NCBI GenBank assembly: GCA_016208765.1
Contig: JACQXK010000032.1
Span: 54,385-118,384 of the forward strand
DNA: 64,000 nt
Source: Candidatus Omnitrophota bacterium
Lineage (GTDB): Bacteria > Omnitrophota > Gorgyraeia > Gygaellales > Profunditerraquicolaceae
Direction: 5' to 3'
This document shows positions 42,732 to 52,538 of this stretch, one piece after another. Position numbers and translations under genes: made by a program. The notes under the pieces are model-generated. The model was not told the origin of the DNA, did not search any database, and saw only the letters and a program-made list of their open reading frames with translations. Within the stretch, counting starts at the first letter, position 1; each line of letters opens with the position of its first letter.

Positions 42732-42932
42732 ATGGCAAAAGGTAAAGTTAAGTGGTTCTCGAACCAAAAAGGTTATGGCTTTGTTACAACCGAAGACGGC
42801 AAAGACGTGTTCATACACTTCAGCGCAATCAAAGGCGATGGCTATAAATCCTTGGCAGAAGGCGATGCTGTAGAGTTTGAGATAACCCAAGGCCCAAAAG
42901 GCGATCAGGCAACAAACGTTACAAAAATATAA
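42732..42932 (+). CDS. cspA: Cold-shock protein (CspA family)
   Basis: [18 protein letters not shown]... with RNP1 and RNP2 motifs. Confidence 0.9.
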   Translation: MAKGKVKWFSNQKGYGFVTTEDGKDVFIHFSAIKGDGYKSLAEGDAVEFEITQGPKGDQATNVTKI

Positions 42933-42950
42933 GTACGTTTAGTTGATAAA

Positions 42951-42981
42951 AAAAGCCGCTGTATTTTACAGCGGCTTTTTT
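42951..42981 (+). terminator. Intrinsic terminator after cspA
   Basis: Hairpin aaaagccgctgta..tacagcggcttttttat followed by a T-run. Confidence 0.6.
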
Positions 42982-42994
42982 ATTTCTATAAGGT

Positions 42995-44356
42995 TTATCT
43001 AGTTTTTATCAAAATATAATCGCTGGATTCAAGCACAACCTGCGCTTGCGTAAATAATTGAGAGGAAAAACCACTGCGGTTATAAAATATATATTTATCT
43101 TTTTCTTTAATAAGCACTCTATATTTCGCCTCATCAATATTCTCTCCCTTATCGCCCAGATAGAAACGAACCCCCGGGTCTCCGATGCCATAAAGATAAA
43201 CCTTTTCATCACCGGGCAAGATTTTCTTTACTTCTAAACTAAGAGCCTTTGTCTGCGGGCAATAATCAAGGTTAAATATTTTCTTATCAAATATAAGATA
43301 TAATAAAGCTACGCACGTCAAAATGCTAATTACAGCTACAGTAAAACGGCCGGTGATTTTGGAAATCCCCCAACCGAGAATTATCGTCATCGCAGGATAG
43401 ATCGGAATAATATACCAGTGCAGTTTTGTTTTTACAAAACTAAACAGCAAGAATACCGTCACATACCAGATAACCGGAATTAATAAGCTTTTTTCTTTTC
43501 CCCGCAAAAGCATGATAAAAGCAGCAATCAAAGCCGCAAAGCACGGGCCTGCCCACGGCCGGCCCTTGTTGGGCAAAACCTTAAAGTAGGTAAAGAATGT
43601 GCCGGTATGCCCCTCTATTGCCTGAGTTGAGCGCACAAAGAAATTTTTAAAGATATACCCACGGACAAAATCATTTCCATAATGCTTAAATGCCAAAATA
43701 TGCCAAATACCCAATATTAATAGTGCTGTAAATAATCCCCACAAGAAAACAGGTTCTTTTAACAGCTTTAATTTTCCTGATAAAATAAGATAAATTATAA
43801 TAATAACCGGAATAACAAAAGCAACTGCTGCTTTTGTTAGAAATGCAAAGGCAAAAGCAAGCATTGAGAAAAACAAATAAATCTTCTTCTCTTCCCCAAG
43901 CCTAAATAGAAAAAGTGAAAGAATAATAAAAAATGTTAAAGTAGTATCCAGCATTGCAGCTTTAGCTGACCAGATAAAATGCCAGGTAGAAATAAGGATT
44001 AAGGCAGATGCAACAGCGGCTTTTCTTGAAAATAATTTATTGGCGAATAAATAGGTTACTAAAACCGTGCCGATGCCGCATAAGGAAGAAAATAACCGGG
44101 CAGAAAATTCAGTTACTCCGAAAAGTTTGTAGAAAAATGCCGTAAACCAGAAATACAGCGGAGGTTTATCAGCCCAATGCCCGCCTGCCCAAGTTAAATC
44201 AATTAAATTCCCGGAATTAAACATTTCCCGCGCTACTTGCGCATAAACAGCTTCATCCCAGGACATCAAGCTTCCGCTCCAGATTTTCCAGATAAAAACA
44301 AATGCCGAAGCAAGAAAAAGAAAAATTAAATCTTTTTTGTTTACTTTCTCATTCAT
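42995..44356 (-). CDS. ArnT/PMT-family (GT39/GT83-like) membrane glycosyltransferase
   Basis: Polytopic membrane protein with an N-terminal DE-containing loop (SWDEAVYAQVAREM) and a PMT_2-like architecture. Confidence 0.65.
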   Translation of the reverse strand: MNEKVNKKDLIFLFLASAFVFIWKIWSGSLMSWDEAVYAQVAREMFNSGNLIDLTWAGGHWADKPPLYFWFTAFFYKLFGVTEFSARLFSSLCGIGTVLVTYLFANKLFSRKAAVASALILISTWHFIWSAKAAMLDTTLTFFIILSLFLFRLGEEKKIYLFFSMLAFAFAFLTKAAVAFVIPVIIIIYLILSGKLKLLKEPVFLWGLFTALLILGIWHILAFKHYGNDFVRGYIFKNFFVRSTQAIEGHTGTFFTYFKVLPNKGRPWAGPCFAALIAAFIMLLRGKEKSLLIPVIWYVTVFLLFSFVKTKLHWYIIPIYPAMTIILGWGISKITGRFTVAVISILTCVALLYLIFDKKIFNLDYCPQTKALSLEVKKILPGDEKVYLYGIGDPGVRFYLGDKGENIDEAKYRVLIKEKDKYIFYNRSGFSSQLFTQAQVVLESSDYILIKTR

Positions 44357-44523
44357 CTTCTTATCAATCTCCTCATTCTGCTATCCAGGCGCTTTCCAAG
44401 CTAATCAGAATAGTGTCCTTTTAAACTATCTAACATTAGGTTAACATAAAATAGGCTGTTGCCAAGAAAAAAGAGGGCTCTTTAGGAGCCCTCTGCTAAA
44501 CTTAAATTATATTCAAACCAAAA

Positions 44524-44862
44524 TTATTCTATCCCGCAGCGAGATTTAATTTCCTGAATCTTTTTATCAATATCCTGATTATATTCTCCTGCAGCAACTT
44601 TTGCCCGGTCAGAATAATCGCCGCTTAAGATACCTACAACTGCAGCTGTGGGAAAAACCATTGCCCCGCTTGCCCTAACCTGCTCGGCCACAGAATTCTT
44701 TTCGTTCTCAAGAGTCATAACATCCTCTTTAGCCGTAGAGCAGTTAATCGGCTTTTCAAGAGATTCCTTAGACTGAATGGAAACTGTCTTACAGCCGCAC
44801 AAAACAAGAAATACAAAAGGTATAACAGAAAACCTGGCAAATTTCATCTGCAAATCTTTCAT
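44524..44862 (-). CDS. Small hypothetical lipoprotein
   Basis: Lipobox LVLCGC. ~90 aa mature protein. Confidence 0.4.
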   Translation of the reverse strand: MKDLQMKFARFSVIPFVFLVLCGCKTVSIQSKESLEKPINCSTAKEDVMTLENEKNSVAEQVRASGAMVFPTAAVVGILSGDYSDRAKVAAGEYNQDIDKKIQEIKSRCGIE

Positions 44863-44883
44863 AGGCTTATCTTTAACCCGGAA

Positions 44884-45318
44884 TTAATCAACCTTCTGCG
44901 CCGTTAAGAATATGGATTTTCCTAAGGCGTTAAAGAAATCCTGGTATGTTTCGGGATCTTCCACAGACTTAATCCCATATTGGGCATTCGCCCTTACCAA
45001 TAGCTGCTTTTCTCCCCGGGGCCTGACAGTCACGGTCATGGTCACGACCATATTGTTTGTAAACTTGGTCCCGGTTACAGAACCAAGCGTCAAATCCGCT
45101 TTTTCAATTATAAAATCCAGGTCCTGCATAGTGCTAATTACGGTCCGCATCATTTTCTCTTTATCGGAAGTATCAAAAGCCCTTGTCTGGATGCTTCGTA
45201 ATTGCACCTGGCTCTCATCAGTCTGAAATGCCTTATTGGCGGTGCTCGCACAGCCAAATAAGCCCAATACCAGAAACAAAACTGCACAGCAAACCCAATA
45301 TTTCTTTAGTTTTATCAT
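44884..45318 (-). CDS. Hypothetical lipoprotein, paralogous to the next gene
   Basis: Lipobox LFGCAS. Shares QLRSIQTRAFDTSD...DLDFII...EDPETYQDFFNALGKSIFL with its neighbour. Confidence 0.45.
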   Translation of the reverse strand: MIKLKKYWVCCAVLFLVLGLFGCASTANKAFQTDESQVQLRSIQTRAFDTSDKEKMMRTVISTMQDLDFIIEKADLTLGSVTGTKFTNNMVVTMTVTVRPRGEKQLLVRANAQYGIKSVEDPETYQDFFNALGKSIFLTAQKVD

Positions 45319-45860
45319 ATTTTATGCGCCTCCAGAAAGATGGCCCTTGAGAGGCCGTCATAAAATTTCTGGTATATCTCCGGATCATTAATGGTTTCTA
45401 ATCTGCTGATTTGATTCGTCATATTCCATACGATCCTCTGGAAAGTGACCCTGACTACCGTGCTTTTTCCGTCAAGGCCCGGGCTTGTAATCACCGAAAC
45501 CTTAACCATCTGGTTTTTATCACACTGCGAAAGTGTATTTGAGCCGAGCAAAACATCAAGCAAGATAGCGCCAGCAATCTGCCCACCGTCTTTGGCATCA
45601 GCTTTTTTTGAAGCCGATACCAGGCCTAGTTTTGTCTCGCTGTCATCCAAAGTAAAGCTTAAGTCCTGCAAGACTCCGGCTACAGAAGTAATGATCTTAG
45701 TCTCGTCGGCAGTGTCATACTGCCTCATCTGCAACTGCCGTTTTTCCAGGCTATTCTCTCCCGGCTTAAGAAAACCCTTGGGAGCGCTGACGCATCCAAC
45801 CACTGCCAGAGACAAAGATATTACAAGCGATAGGCTTAAAATAACCCTTATTCTCTTCAA
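45315..45860 (-). CDS. Hypothetical lipoprotein, paralogous to the previous gene
   Basis: Lipobox VVGCVS. Shares QLQMRQYDTADE...DLSFTL...NDPEIYQKFYDGLSRAIFL with its neighbour. Confidence 0.45.
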   Translation of the reverse strand: MKRIRVILSLSLVISLSLAVVGCVSAPKGFLKPGENSLEKRQLQMRQYDTADETKIITSVAGVLQDLSFTLDDSETKLGLVSASKKADAKDGGQIAGAILLDVLLGSNTLSQCDKNQMVKVSVITSPGLDGKSTVVRVTFQRIVWNMTNQISRLETINDPEIYQKFYDGLSRAIFLEAHKI

Positions 45861-45869
45861 ATTGCCCCC

Positions 45870-46274
45870 TTAAAAGCTTGAGGAATGATACGCAAAATCA
45901 CGCACCTTCTTATCTGCGTCAAATTTAACAACTATGGTCAGCGTCCTCTGTGTTTTTGAAGTCGCTCCGGAAGAACCTCCCACGCTCCCAAATATCAACC
46001 AGACACCGCCGTCATTATTGGAGTACGTCACATCGGTGGCAAACTTATCATAAACCCATACTTCCAGCCTGCTCTCGTCGGTTGAAACGATATTCGGAGA
46101 ACCCAAAGCTTCAATGACCTGGGACGAAGGCATACCTATGCGAATTTCCCGCTGCACCTTTCCTACAGTTACTCTGTCTCCTGCGTCTGATTGCACTGCC
46201 TTGCGATGGGATTCAGGGGTAGAACAACCTGCCAAAAACAATAAAACAAGTAATAAATAGACTACTTTCTTCAT
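45870..46274 (-). CDS. BamE/SmpA-OmlA-like lipoprotein
   Basis: Lipobox LAGCS, then IRIGMPSSQVIEALGSP...TQRTLTIVVKF, matching the BamE fold signature. Confidence 0.55.
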   Translation of the reverse strand: MKKVVYLLLVLLFLAGCSTPESHRKAVQSDAGDRVTVGKVQREIRIGMPSSQVIEALGSPNIVSTDESRLEVWVYDKFATDVTYSNNDGGVWLIFGSVGGSSGATSKTQRTLTIVVKFDADKKVRDFAYHSSSF

Positions 46275-46448
46275 GATCCCTCCTTTTCTGAATTTAATGT
46301 TACCTCTAAATCAATAACCGGTCAAGTAAATTTCATGCACAAAAATCAGGATTAGTTGCCACCCATTCAACTGCTTGCTAAGATGGTGGCATTACACTAT
46401 CTAAACCGCGGAATAGATTCTGTGGATAGAGGATGTTTAGGAATATTT

Positions 46449-46925
46449 TTATGGCGAGCTTGTCTTTTGCAGAGACGATCTTGCTGGCACCCCCAGTAAA
46501 TTATCTAATCTTTCAAAGAAATCCTTTGCGATTCTTCCATGTTCTGAGGAAATACCGGAATCAGAACGGGAAAAGACATCTACATTAATATTATCTTTAC
46601 TGAACTCCGCAATTCCAATCCAGATTACATACTTTACTTTCTTTTCATTCAAATAAACTGCAATTATTAAGACATGAGAATCATCTATGCTATCTACATC
46701 TTCTACTACACAATTATTAACATCAGAAATAGCCTCTGTGGCGGCGTCAACAACTTTAGCTAAAGAAGCTTTATAGTAATGTGTTCTCAAAACCTGACTC
46801 TCTGTTGTCAAACTTGAAAATGATGAAGAATAGAAGGAAGCGCATCCGCTAGAACAAAATAGGAATAAAGACAAGACCAATACTTCTTTAGTACCCCTTC
46901 TTTGAAAGCGATTCAAAAAAATCAC
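46449..46925 (-). CDS. Hypothetical lipoprotein
   Basis: Signal peptide and lipobox SSGCAS. No recognisable domain. Confidence 0.35.
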   Translation of the reverse strand: MIFLNRFQRRGTKEVLVLSLFLFCSSGCASFYSSSFSSLTTESQVLRTHYYKASLAKVVDAATEAISDVNNCVVEDVDSIDDSHVLIIAVYLNEKKVKYVIWIGIAEFSKDNINVDVFSRSDSGISSEHGRIAKDFFERLDNLLGVPARSSLQKTSSP

Positions 46926-48306
46926 CTCCTATTCTTACTTTCTTAGTTAGCCCCTTTTCGTAACCAAGAAATTTACGCAGAGTCTTTTCAATAATCCAAT
47001 CATCGTCTATAACTCCATCCCCAAAAGACACAATCTCGCCATCCCTATTTTTTTTGACTGAATAAAAATTCAATCTAGAGTATCTCCACAGTGTAGCTTC
47101 TGGAGGCGAAGCTTCCAATACTCCCCCAAATAATAATGCAGATCCGGAATTCTTTTTGCAAACATTGACAATATAATCAATCCTAAGTCCTACTTCTTGT
47201 TTTGTTTCCCTATAAGAACCATAACTACTAACACTGTAAGACTTTGTTCTCCCAACATAAGCAACAACCAATATTTCATCAATGCCATACTTACGTAAAG
47301 TTAGCTCTGATATCTCATTATCTTTCATATCCACAAATTGGTATCGTGCCGGTGTTAAATTAAGGACAACGTAACCCTTTTCTAGAAAGTAATCTTCTAT
47401 CTTTTCTGATAATATATAGGAAATATCATTGAGAAACGGGACATTTCCTTCTCCCTCAAACCATTTCTGAGGAGAAAAGTTAGCCAAGTATTTACCTTCT
47501 TTTACGTGGTAAGTAACCAAATATCCATAGCGTTCAGCTAATGTATCTTCGGGAAATGTCGGCTTCAGCAAGAAAAAAGCATTAGGTTTAACCGAAGCAG
47601 CATTAGGGAAACCGAAGAATCTATAAACTAAAATTGCGATTTTCTTTTTACTCCCAGGATTACCTTTTACTTTAAGCTCACCCAGAGCCTTAACCGGATC
47701 ATCCCAAAGCCCGTGATTCATCTTTTCCTGACCTTCGGATATGACCTTACCATTAACCATTGTATATTTATACTTTGGCTCCGAAGGAACTTTGTAATCA
47801 GAAGAAGTCCCATCAGGCAAAATCGTCACTAATAACTTTCCGGAATCATAATCCTTTTTAACAAAATCAAGGACTCGATTTTCATGATCTGCAACTGTGG
47901 AGGGATCTACAATAATAGAGGCAGGAAAAGTAGAAAAATAATTCGCCACTATGAAACCGTTTTGAGGTAAAGAAAATTGGACCCAAGCTAAATCAGCATC
48001 CCATCCTCCGAATAACATCTTTTTAGCTTCCTCAATATAAAATTTAACAATAATATCCGCATTTTCTTTATCATCAACCAGCTCAAAACCTATATCTTTT
48101 AATTTACTTGCACATCTTTGCCTAAAATCATCTTTTTCCGATTCTTGCAAAGGCTTAACCAAGGGCAGAGGCACCCAGTGGAAATTATATTCTAAATATG
48201 CTTTTTTAAAATCTTTTAAAGCCTTATCTTGAGCAAAAGATGAATGTAAATAAAATAAATTTATCATTACTAATATAGGAATAATTATTTTTAGTTTTCT
48301 ATTCAT
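46888..48306 (-). CDS. Secreted hypothetical protein (472 aa)
   Basis: Signal peptide; no recognisable domain. Confidence 0.4.
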   Translation of the reverse strand: MNRKLKIIIPILVMINLFYLHSSFAQDKALKDFKKAYLEYNFHWVPLPLVKPLQESEKDDFRQRCASKLKDIGFELVDDKENADIIVKFYIEEAKKMLFGGWDADLAWVQFSLPQNGFIVANYFSTFPASIIVDPSTVADHENRVLDFVKKDYDSGKLLVTILPDGTSSDYKVPSEPKYKYTMVNGKVISEGQEKMNHGLWDDPVKALGELKVKGNPGSKKKIAILVYRFFGFPNAASVKPNAFFLLKPTFPEDTLAERYGYLVTYHVKEGKYLANFSPQKWFEGEGNVPFLNDISYILSEKIEDYFLEKGYVVLNLTPARYQFVDMKDNEISELTLRKYGIDEILVVAYVGRTKSYSVSSYGSYRETKQEVGLRIDYIVNVCKKNSGSALLFGGVLEASPPEATLWRYSRLNFYSVKKNRDGEIVSFGDGVIDDDWIIEKTLRKFLGYEKGLTKKVRIGGDFFESLSKKGY

Positions 48307-48451
48307 ATAAATTTACTCCAGCAAGACATGTTATAGAGTTAAAACAAGAAAAAAAGAATACTCGGGAATGATAGTAGATAGTCCGAAGAACATGGATGAA
48401 ATTTTTGACACCTTGGAGTGGCAGAATATCCACAGTATGCTACTACAAATG

Positions 48452-48485
48452 AAAAATGCCGAGGGAGGGAATCGGACCCCCCACG
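48452..48485. repeat. 35-nt direct repeat copying the 3' end of tRNA-Phe (att-like footprint)
   Basis: aaaaatgccgagggagggaatcggaccccccacgc is identical to 48608-48642, which covers the T-arm and acceptor 3' strand of the tRNA plus a 5-nt trailer. Confidence 0.6.
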
Positions 48486-48502
48486 CGTCGCTCGCGCGAC
48501 TC

Positions 48503-48590
48503 GCTCCTTAAGAGGGGGCAGGCCCCCTCTTAATATTCTCCCCCAAACGTGGGGAAACTTTTTCCCCACACCCCTTTGGCGTGGGGTGTC
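48503..48590. repeat. Hairpin repeat element R1 (aagagggggcaggccccctctt ... tttttccccacaccccttt)
   Basis: Shares a 29-nt and a ~20-nt block with a second copy at 48770-48840. Confidence 0.5.
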
Positions 48591-48613
48591 TCAACTAACT
48601 TGCTTTTAAAAAA

Positions 48614-48685
48614 TGCCGAGGGAGGGAATCGGACCCCCCACGCCGGCCTTTTCAGGGCCGCGCTCTACCACTGAGCTACCTCGGC
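48614..48685 (-). tRNA. tRNA-Phe (anticodon GAA)
   Basis: Minus strand GCCGAGGTAGCTCAGTGGTAGAGCGCGGCCCTGAAAAGGCCGGCGTGGGGGGTCCGATTCCCTCCCTCGGCA forms a cloverleaf with a GAA anticodon. Confidence 0.8.
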
Positions 48686-48769
48686 TAAATCATTCACTAC
48701 AGCTTTATTTTTACTTATCAGTAAACTAACAATACTTATTAGTGTATCTTATACGTCTCTTAGAATCTA

Positions 48770-48840
48770 TGGACGTTCATTCCTTAAGAGGGGGCAGGCC
48801 CCCTCTTAACGCTCTAAACTAAATTACTTTTTCCCCACAC
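48770..48840. repeat. Hairpin repeat element R2 (second copy of R1)
   Basis: ttccttaagagggggcaggccccctcttaa...tttttccccacacccctttt. Confidence 0.5.
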
Positions 48841-49073
48841 CCCTTTTATGTTTTTAGCAATATTTCAAATTAATAGCTCTTTTATCCCGCAACGCGGGAT
48901 AATTGCTAAAAACATGTCATTCCCTACAGGTTATTCAATACTTTTAAGCAAACACATTAACAGCTTGAGCTTACTGAAAGTAAAACACATTCTCTTCTAT
49001 GCTTCGCGGATAGTTATCAAAAACCTTGTCGTTCGCAATCAATTTATCAAAAAACCAAACAACCTAAAACAGC

Positions 49074-49814
49074 TTAAAACACAACCACTATATTTTGCAC
49101 AAATTTTTCAATAAGAAAAGGAGAAAATATTAAATATTGCAAGAAAAACATAAATATCAAAATCTCCGGCAAAACCACCCCAGTGAAGAAATAGAACAGG
49201 ATTATCGCAAAAACTGAAATAGACACCGCGAATACTGGATAAACCATTGAAGAACAAAAAATCTTTTTGATCCCGTCAAAATTAGGGAATTTTGTTTTAG
49301 AAATCATTAAGTACGCCAAGATTAAGACCAGGATTAAGTACAACCCGGGCTTAGGCGGCAGTTGAGTATACCTTTTATACACCAGTATAAAAGAAGCCAG
49401 CACCCCTCCGCTTGCTGTTGTCGGAAGGCCGGAAAAACAATTCTTCATTTTACCATTAACAGAAATATTGTATTTGGCCAGCCTCCAGGCACTGCAGGCT
49501 AAATATATAAATAAAACCACCGTCGCCGTAATCTCAAAACGGCTGCAAATAAAAAAATACCCCAGGCTGGAAGGCGCAATACCAAAAGAAACCACATCCG
49601 AAAGTGAATCCAGTTCCTTGCCAAATTCGCTTGGCACCGGGTTTTTTCTTGCAACCTTGCCGTCAAAACCATCAAACACCACTGCCAAAATTATTGCCCA
49701 GCAGGCAAAGGTAAAATGTTCCTCAAATGAAAAAATAATTGAAACAAAACCACAGGCAAGGCTTAAAAGAGTTAAAATATTTGCCACATAATTTGCGAGT
49801 ATAGATGAAAACAT
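49074..49814 (-). CDS. CDP-alcohol phosphatidyltransferase (phosphatidylserine synthase-like)
   Basis: DGxxAR...GxxxDxxxD motif (DGFDGKVARKNPVPSEFGKELDSLSD) in a polytopic membrane protein. Confidence 0.7.
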   Translation of the reverse strand: MFSSILANYVANILTLLSLACGFVSIIFSFEEHFTFACWAIILAVVFDGFDGKVARKNPVPSEFGKELDSLSDVVSFGIAPSSLGYFFICSRFEITATVVLFIYLACSAWRLAKYNISVNGKMKNCFSGLPTTASGGVLASFILVYKRYTQLPPKPGLYLILVLILAYLMISKTKFPNFDGIKKIFCSSMVYPVFAVSISVFAIILFYFFTGVVLPEILIFMFFLQYLIFSPFLIEKFVQNIVVVF

Positions 49815-49932
49815 AAAGAACGCTCCTTATTTAATTTCCTTCTTTGTAAAAACCCTGATAAAACAAAAAAGAGTAAGCCCTAAAACAAAACCCCAAGAAA
49901 GCACCATAAATATCCAGCCGCTAATTCTCATC

Positions 49933-51469
49933 TTAGGCCTTCTCTCCTGCCTTTTTCTTTCGCCAGGCAATCTTTACTAATACCGCTAAAATCATAAACA
50001 ATAAAAACAGGCCTACTCGTGTTGCAAAAACAAACGGTTTATCTAAAGCAGAAACATTCTTCATAAAAATAACCGGCAACCATTCCTGCCAAAGCCACAT
50101 TCCCAATATGCAAAACAAAAACAAAGGCGTAATATATTTTATAATAAATTTATATATTCTTGGGATACGCATATCAGCGCCCTTATGCACTTCATCCCAC
50201 GCCTTTTCCATGCCAAAAACCCATGCAAAAAGAATTGCTTCTATGGTAGCAAACAAAACCAGGAAAAATGTCCCTCCCCAGAAGTCAAGCTCATCCACTA
50301 CGCCTCGGCCCAAAAAGAAAATTGCCGGCTGGCAAAGTATAAAAGAAACAATCCCAAAAATGGTTACTGCTTTCTTACGTCCGATATTAAATTCATCTTC
50401 AAGAAAAGAAACTGCTGGTTGTGCCAAGGACACCGCAGAAGTTATTCCTGCCAGGAATAATAAAAAAAACCATAAAAAACCAAACAAAAATGACAAAGGA
50501 AATTTTAATAAAACCAAGGGCATAGTTACAAAGCCTAAATTAAATACCCCGGAGCGCGCAATTGACTGGATATCCTGGGGCCCGAAAAAAACAAATGCCG
50601 CAGGGATCACAATGCTTGCGCCTAAAATAACTTCGGCTGTTTCATTTGTGCTGGCTGCGGTTAAGCCTGATAACGCCACATCATCGCCCTTAGAAAGATA
50701 ACTTGCATAAGTCAGAATCACTCCAATACCCACGCTTAAAGTAAAGAATATCTGCCCTGCTGCCTCAAGCCAGACCTTGGCTGATCTTAACGCAGAGAAA
50801 TCAGGATTCCATAAAAAACCGAATCCATTAACAATATTCCAATCCGGGCGCGCCGGATCAGGAGCGCCTAAAGTTACTACGCGTATCATCAGAATTATAC
50901 CAAAGATAAATAAAAGCTATCCCGCCTTTTATCCCGTAATAAATAACCCAGATATTTAAAACAAACGTCAACAAGAAAAAGAGATAGGCGGTATTTATCC
51001 CGTTAAAATGTTGATTCCTCGCCACACCCTGAAACCCCTGCAGAAAACTCTGCATATCAACCTGATTGCCGATATTCGCATACTTACCGGTAAGAGCAAA
51101 AAAACTATAAGCAAGGGTCCATGATTCAATAAATGTGTAATAGGTAAAAATAACCAGCGGGCCGAAAATACCAATTACCCCGAAGTATTTAATAAAGCGG
51201 TTCTTCTGCCAGACGCTGTGGAAAATACCCGGGGCGGTGCCATGCTCAAACCCGCCTCCATAACGGCCGAGCGTCCACTCAATCCACATCAGAGGGATTC
51301 CTAATAATAGAAGAGCAACAAAATAGGGGATCATAAATGCGCCTCCCCCGTTAGCGGCAGCTTTGGCAGGAAAACGCAGAAAATTACCCAGCCCGATGGC
51401 AGAACCTGCCACCGCCATGATTATTCCTAAACGAGAACCCCAACTGTCTCTTTTACCTGATTGTTTCAT
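49933..51469 (-). pseudogene. Neurotransmitter:sodium symporter (NSS/SLC6, LeuT-like) gene split by a frameshift near 50860-50890
   Basis: ORF 50858-51469 carries the NSS N-terminus (GLGNFLRFPAKAAANGGGAFMIPYF...). ORF 49933-50889 continues in another frame with the NSS core (VWLEAAGQIFFTLSVG...). Together they total ~520 aa, the length of LeuT. The shift falls in a T-rich run (gcttttatttatcttt). Confidence 0.65.
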
Positions 51470-51938
51470 AGAACCAATGTTCTAATTTTGTAATTGTTTC
51501 AGTAATTTCCGGGCTGAGCTTATCTCCAAAACCAATATCCTTTGGCTGAATTGCAAGAAGCATTATATTCGCTTCAAAATGGTTAAGCAAATAATTAATG
51601 GTAAGGCTGATAGAAGCATTATGAGTAGAAAAAAGGTTCGTAGTTTTTATGTCGCTTGCTTCAATTACAGCGGATTCTCCTGGCTTTGCCCCAAAATCAA
51701 CAGCATCAACAATAACAATCGTATTTGGTTTGTCTTTAATGATTTTACCAAGATAATTCTCCGGGCTGGCTCCAACATCATAAACAAGGCAGGAAAGCTT
51801 TTCTTTAAGGCGGCTGGCTAAAATTGAACCTGCGGCATCATCATTTTTTAAGGTATTGCCAATACCTAAAATCAACACTTTGCCTTTTAAATGCGCGGCA
51901 AGATACTCTAAACTTAATGAATTTCTAGAAAGCTGCAT
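51453..51938 (-). CDS. Hydrogenase maturation (C-terminal processing) protease, HyaD/HycI family
   Basis: LILGIGNTLKNDDAAG motif and a 160-aa length typical of the family. Confidence 0.7.
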   Translation of the reverse strand: MQLSRNSLSLEYLAAHLKGKVLILGIGNTLKNDDAAGSILASRLKEKLSCLVYDVGASPENYLGKIIKDKPNTIVIVDAVDFGAKPGESAVIEASDIKTTNLFSTHNASISLTINYLLNHFEANIMLLAIQPKDIGFGDKLSPEITETITKLEHWFYETIR

Positions 51939-51943
51939 TATTG

Positions 51944-52177
51944 CTACATTTGATTCAAGGCTTCCTTGATAAACGGCATAATCCCTTCAGCTTCCTCTTT
52001 AGATAACCTGCCAAGGCGGGTGAAAGTAAGCTGGCCTTCCCTGTTTTTTACTTCACGGGTAATCTGCAGCTTTTTCGGGCCATTGTTATAAGAAAACACG
52101 CTAACATTAACTCTTCCCTCCTCAGTATCAAGGGACTTAGCAAACACCTGTTTGTCTAAATTAATATCATACGGCAT
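51944..52177 (-). CDS. Small PC4/YdbC-like putative ssDNA-binding protein
   Basis: 77 aa with the pattern ...FSYNNGPKKLQITRE...KEEAEGIMPFIKEAL, resembling bacterial PC4-like (YdbC) proteins. Confidence 0.4.
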   Translation of the reverse strand: MPYDINLDKQVFAKSLDTEEGRVNVSVFSYNNGPKKLQITREVKNREGQLTFTRLGRLSKEEAEGIMPFIKEALNQM

Positions 52178-52232
52178 ATCTCTCCTCCTTTTCTATATTA
52201 TCTCCATCCTTATACAAATTGCAACATTTTTG

Positions 52233-52538
52233 TCAAAATTTCTTCCCGTGCCTATACGGGCGGGTTTTATTATACTCAATTTTCTTAAGCAAGGCCTGTT
52301 CTAAATTAATTTTACGAGCGCCGCAATAATCAAAGATACGGATCAGGCAATCTGCCAGCTCTTCTGCAACTTCTTCAGTTTTACCGCGGTTACGCATCGC
52401 CTCAAGCGCCTCAGATAATTCCGAATGCATCAGCGCAATTAACTCTCCTTCATTACGATCTTCTTCCCACCAACCCTTTTCTTTTGCCACCCGGTGGCAT
52501 TCTTTGACAAAATCGTTAATTAACCAATTCTTTTTTGC
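52233..52538 (-). CDS. MazG-like nucleotide pyrophosphohydrolase (small, single-domain)
   Basis: EExxE/ELxDxLI motifs (LSEALEAMRN...EELADCLIRIFD). Confidence 0.6.
   Translation of the reverse strand, partial: AKKNWLINDFVKECHRVAKEKGWWEEDRNEGELIALMHSELSEALEAMRNRGKTEEVAEELADCLIRIFDYCGARKINLEQALLKKIEYNKTRPYRHGKKF

Noticed and set aside
48339-48569. 76-aa minus-strand ORF
   Set aside because: It lies across the duplicated tRNA fragment and hairpin repeats. Its Arg/Gly/Pro-rich translation reflects GC-rich repeat DNA, not a gene.
50108-50701. 197-aa plus-strand ORF
   Set aside because: It is antisense to the NSS transporter fragment, Lys/Pro-rich and of low complexity.
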